Source: Planctomycetota bacterium | GTDB taxonomy: Bacteria > Planctomycetota > SZUA-567 | NCBI GenBank assembly: GCA_020860865.1 | Contig: JAJBTL010000284.1 | Location: 1 to 27,049, forward strand | Direction: 5' to 3' | DNA: 27,049 bases | Part shown: positions 24,367 through 27,049 of the stretch, one piece after another | How the letters are laid out: every line of letters begins with the position of its first letter | How positions within the stretch are numbered: the stretch's first letter is position 1 | Position numbers and translations under genes: made by a program | Notes under the pieces: model-generated | Told to the model about the DNA's origin: nothing | Seen by the model: only the letters and a program-made list of their open reading frames with translations | Database searches by the model: none

Positions 24367-27049
24367 ATGGGGAAGAACCGCAGAACAACATGGCGAGCAT
24401 GGTTGTTGCTTGTCTGTATACTGGTTCCGTTCACCGCGCAACACGCAGCCGCGGCGAACCGGGAGGGATGGAGCGAGGATTTTCAATACGGATATGAGCA
24501 TTATAGGTACCTCGTCAGTGATTCTCAGCAGGGCATCACTGAAACGAGTAAAATATTCAGTGCACCTGCACCAGCGCCGGGCGAGGTGAACGGTCGACAG
24601 TATTATTACATAATTGGGACGGAAACTCCTGGACAGGATTGGGAAAAAAGCGCGCCCGCTCCCTGGTACCGCGTTGAAGGTGATGTGACCCTGACCAACT
24701 CAACATACGACCAAGGCTCTGCCTGGGCGTATGTAAGAATTTATGACACAGAAGTCACAATCACCGGTTCTTTAAATCTGGCCCATGCGTTTGATTCCCT
24801 GACCACCATTCCTTTTTCACAGCAGCACTTCTTTCACGTCATGGGTAACAACTTTACAGTCGAAAACGATATAAACATTGGAAGCTCGGCGTCGATGGAT
24901 TTGAGTTCAGGTGCTCCATTCCTTGGAGACATCCCTGCTGATTTGGAGGCCGTTGTAGGCGGTACGCTGAATATCGCCTCGGGCGGTCTTTTAAACTCCG
25001 TCAGCGCCGAACGAACAACAGCCAACATAACCACCGGGTCGCTGGTGATGAACGGGAAGGACAACACCGGAACTACCGGCAACGAATATAGTTATTACTC
25101 CCATATCTGGATGAATAATGGAACGGGCAGTTACTCCGAAAACGGCACGTTTGCCTTTGAAGTTATCAACGACGCTGTAATCGATCACGGTTATATAGAG
25201 ATCAATACAGAGGTAGGCTCGTTTACCGTGGGCGGCAACACCACGATGACCAACAGCGTCTTGAGAGTTGGTACCCTCATTGTACAGGATTCAAATGCGG
25301 CCTATGATTTCGATCTTTCCTTTGGAGGCGACCTCTCCCTGACCGCAAGTAAAATTTCCAGTAACAATAAGGAATTCTCCTTTACGGTTGGTGGCGCGAT
25401 GACCCTCGCGGACGAGTCCGATATCGATTTTCGTCAACTCGTCGAAGACTTCACCGTCGGCGGCGATGTGTCCCTCACCAACCAGTCGGAACTGTACCTG
25501 CGGGGCACCGATTACAACATCATGATCGGTGGTGACATGAGCCTGGACGCCTCGAAGTTCGACGCCATTGCCGACGCGATGACCATCGACGGCGGACTCT
25601 CGCTCCTGAACAATTCGGAGTTCAAGCTGGAAGGCGACCTGACTGTCAATGGCACATTGACCATAAGCGGCGATTCCAAATTCTCCGGCATAACCAGCGA
25701 CAGCACCCTTACCTTCCGGGACGACGTCACGGTCACGGATACCACCTGGAATCTCGAGGGAACCGTCGTCATCGCCGATGATGCGGGAGTGGCGAAGAAT
25801 ATCTATTTGACCGGCGCCAGCATTCTCGCGAACGGTCCACAGTATTACTCAACCTTCCAATCCCTGACCGCCGATACGGTGTTTATTCAGGACGCTTCAA
25901 GGTTGGACGTTTGGAGAGACTTTGACGCGGAAAACACCAGCTTCGTCTTTGACACCACGGCGTACAACTCGCTGAACTCCAACGTGACGATGAACGATCT
26001 CGAAATCAAGAATGGCACCATCGTCTTCGCAGGCGATACGTCCACCATTACCGGCGACACCGTTATCGGCGGAGCGCAGTCCACAGAGGCAATCCTCACC
26101 AACCATTCCTATCAGGAGTAACTGGTCTTTAACGGCGATGTCACGGTCAAGGACAATGGTTTCCTCCGCTTGAAAAACGACGATGGATGGGGTTCCTTGT
26201 ATAACGCGGCGTCCTTCGCCAACGGCCTGACCCTGGACGGCGGCGCCATCCAGGCCCTGGACAACTACAGCTACCTGACCGCCGCAGCCGGTAAGCAACT
26301 GACCATCGGCGCTTCGGATAACAGCCGGATTCTCCTGACCAGTGAACTAACGTATTCGTCCAACCCGATAGACCTTGGCGTCCGTATCGACATGCCCATC
26401 GTCTTCACCGCGAACAGCGGCACCCTGACCGCCGATTACTCCCTTCAGTACGACAATCCGGGCGTCCTCGAAATTTGGGCCGACAGCCTCGTCATGGACG
26501 GCGGCGAATTTTACATCAACGAAGACATCGACCTCGTCATCGACAAGGGCATCACCGTCAATTCCGGCGCCAAGCTGTTCAGTCAGGCCCTTTACGTCGG
26601 TGAAGACCTGGTGGTGAATAGCGGCGGCGTCATCGGCACCCGTGACCGGGCCCTGAACCAGGCGCGTTTTTCCGCCAACGGCAGCATCCTCTTCAAGAGC
26701 GGCAGCTCCCTCATGATCGGCACCGCCGGCGCGGCCGGCGACCGGCTGGGACAGGTGGCGCTCGGGACCAACGCGTCCTTCGAACAGGGCTTCAAGGTCG
26801 CCTTGAGTATCGAAGCGGAAGATGTCGCCCGGGCCACCGAGGTCGGCGACCTTACCGCCGCCTCGCCCAAGGTGGTGGACGAACTTGCCAGCGGCCTCGG
26901 CGACACCCTGACCAACCTCGTGCACGAAACAGTCGCCGGCAAGTACAACTTCGCCTACGACGACACCATCGCCGGCGGCGCCATCTATTACACCGGCTTC
27001 GGCGAGTCTGGAGAAGATCCAGATCCGGGTCCAGGCCCCGGTCCCGGCC
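24367..27049 (+). CDS. large secreted beta-helix protein (autotransporter passenger/adhesin-like), 3' end beyond the window; in-frame TAA at 26119-26121
   Basis: Signal peptide MGKNRRTTWRAWLLLVCILVPFTAQHAAA behind GGAG, then G/S/T/N/D-rich beta-strand repeats. After the TAA the same frame stays open for 309 codons (LVFNGDVTVKDNG...YTGFGESGEDPDPGPGPGP). No beta-barrel lies in the window, so the autotransporter call is inferred. Confidence 0.7.

Noticed and set aside
1-27049. CRISPR arrays, tRNA/rRNA genes, transposases, integrases, prophage genes
   Set aside because: No regularly spaced direct repeats, cloverleaf or T-arm signatures, or DDE/tyrosine/serine recombinase motifs were seen.

Overview
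High-GC bacterial chromosomal window with three parts; the taxon cannot be assigned from sequence alone. (1) 1-13409 is a divergent catabolic island. Leftward it carries fdrA-like, DUF1116 (YlbE/YahG-like), an LctP-family permease and a truncated GntR gene missed by the ORF track. Rightward it carries an enolase-superfamily dehydratase, an APC permease, a GntR/FadR regulator, a molybdopterin oxidoreductase, a 4x[4Fe-4S] protein and an FAD/NAD(P)H oxidoreductase. The 650-bp AT-rich divergent spacer holds twin palindromic operators and a ~206-nt element with a 36-bp, G-U-rich stem. (2) 13459-21729 is a minus-strand string: gatC-gatA-gatB-hisH-hisF-C4 zinc-ribbon protein-AlkD-like protein-ABC exporter. 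(3) 21967-27049 holds a hypothetical membrane protein, an NAD-dependent epimerase and the 5' part of a large secreted beta-helix (autotransporter-like) gene. That gene is preceded by a 129-bp segment between 19-bp inverted repeats that looks like an invertible ON/OFF switch. Four genes carry single-base frameshifts, one has an in-frame TAA and one has a Cys-to-Trp ligand change; assembly error and real decay cannot be told apart without reads. I found no rRNA, tRNA, CRISPR array, transposase or integrase.
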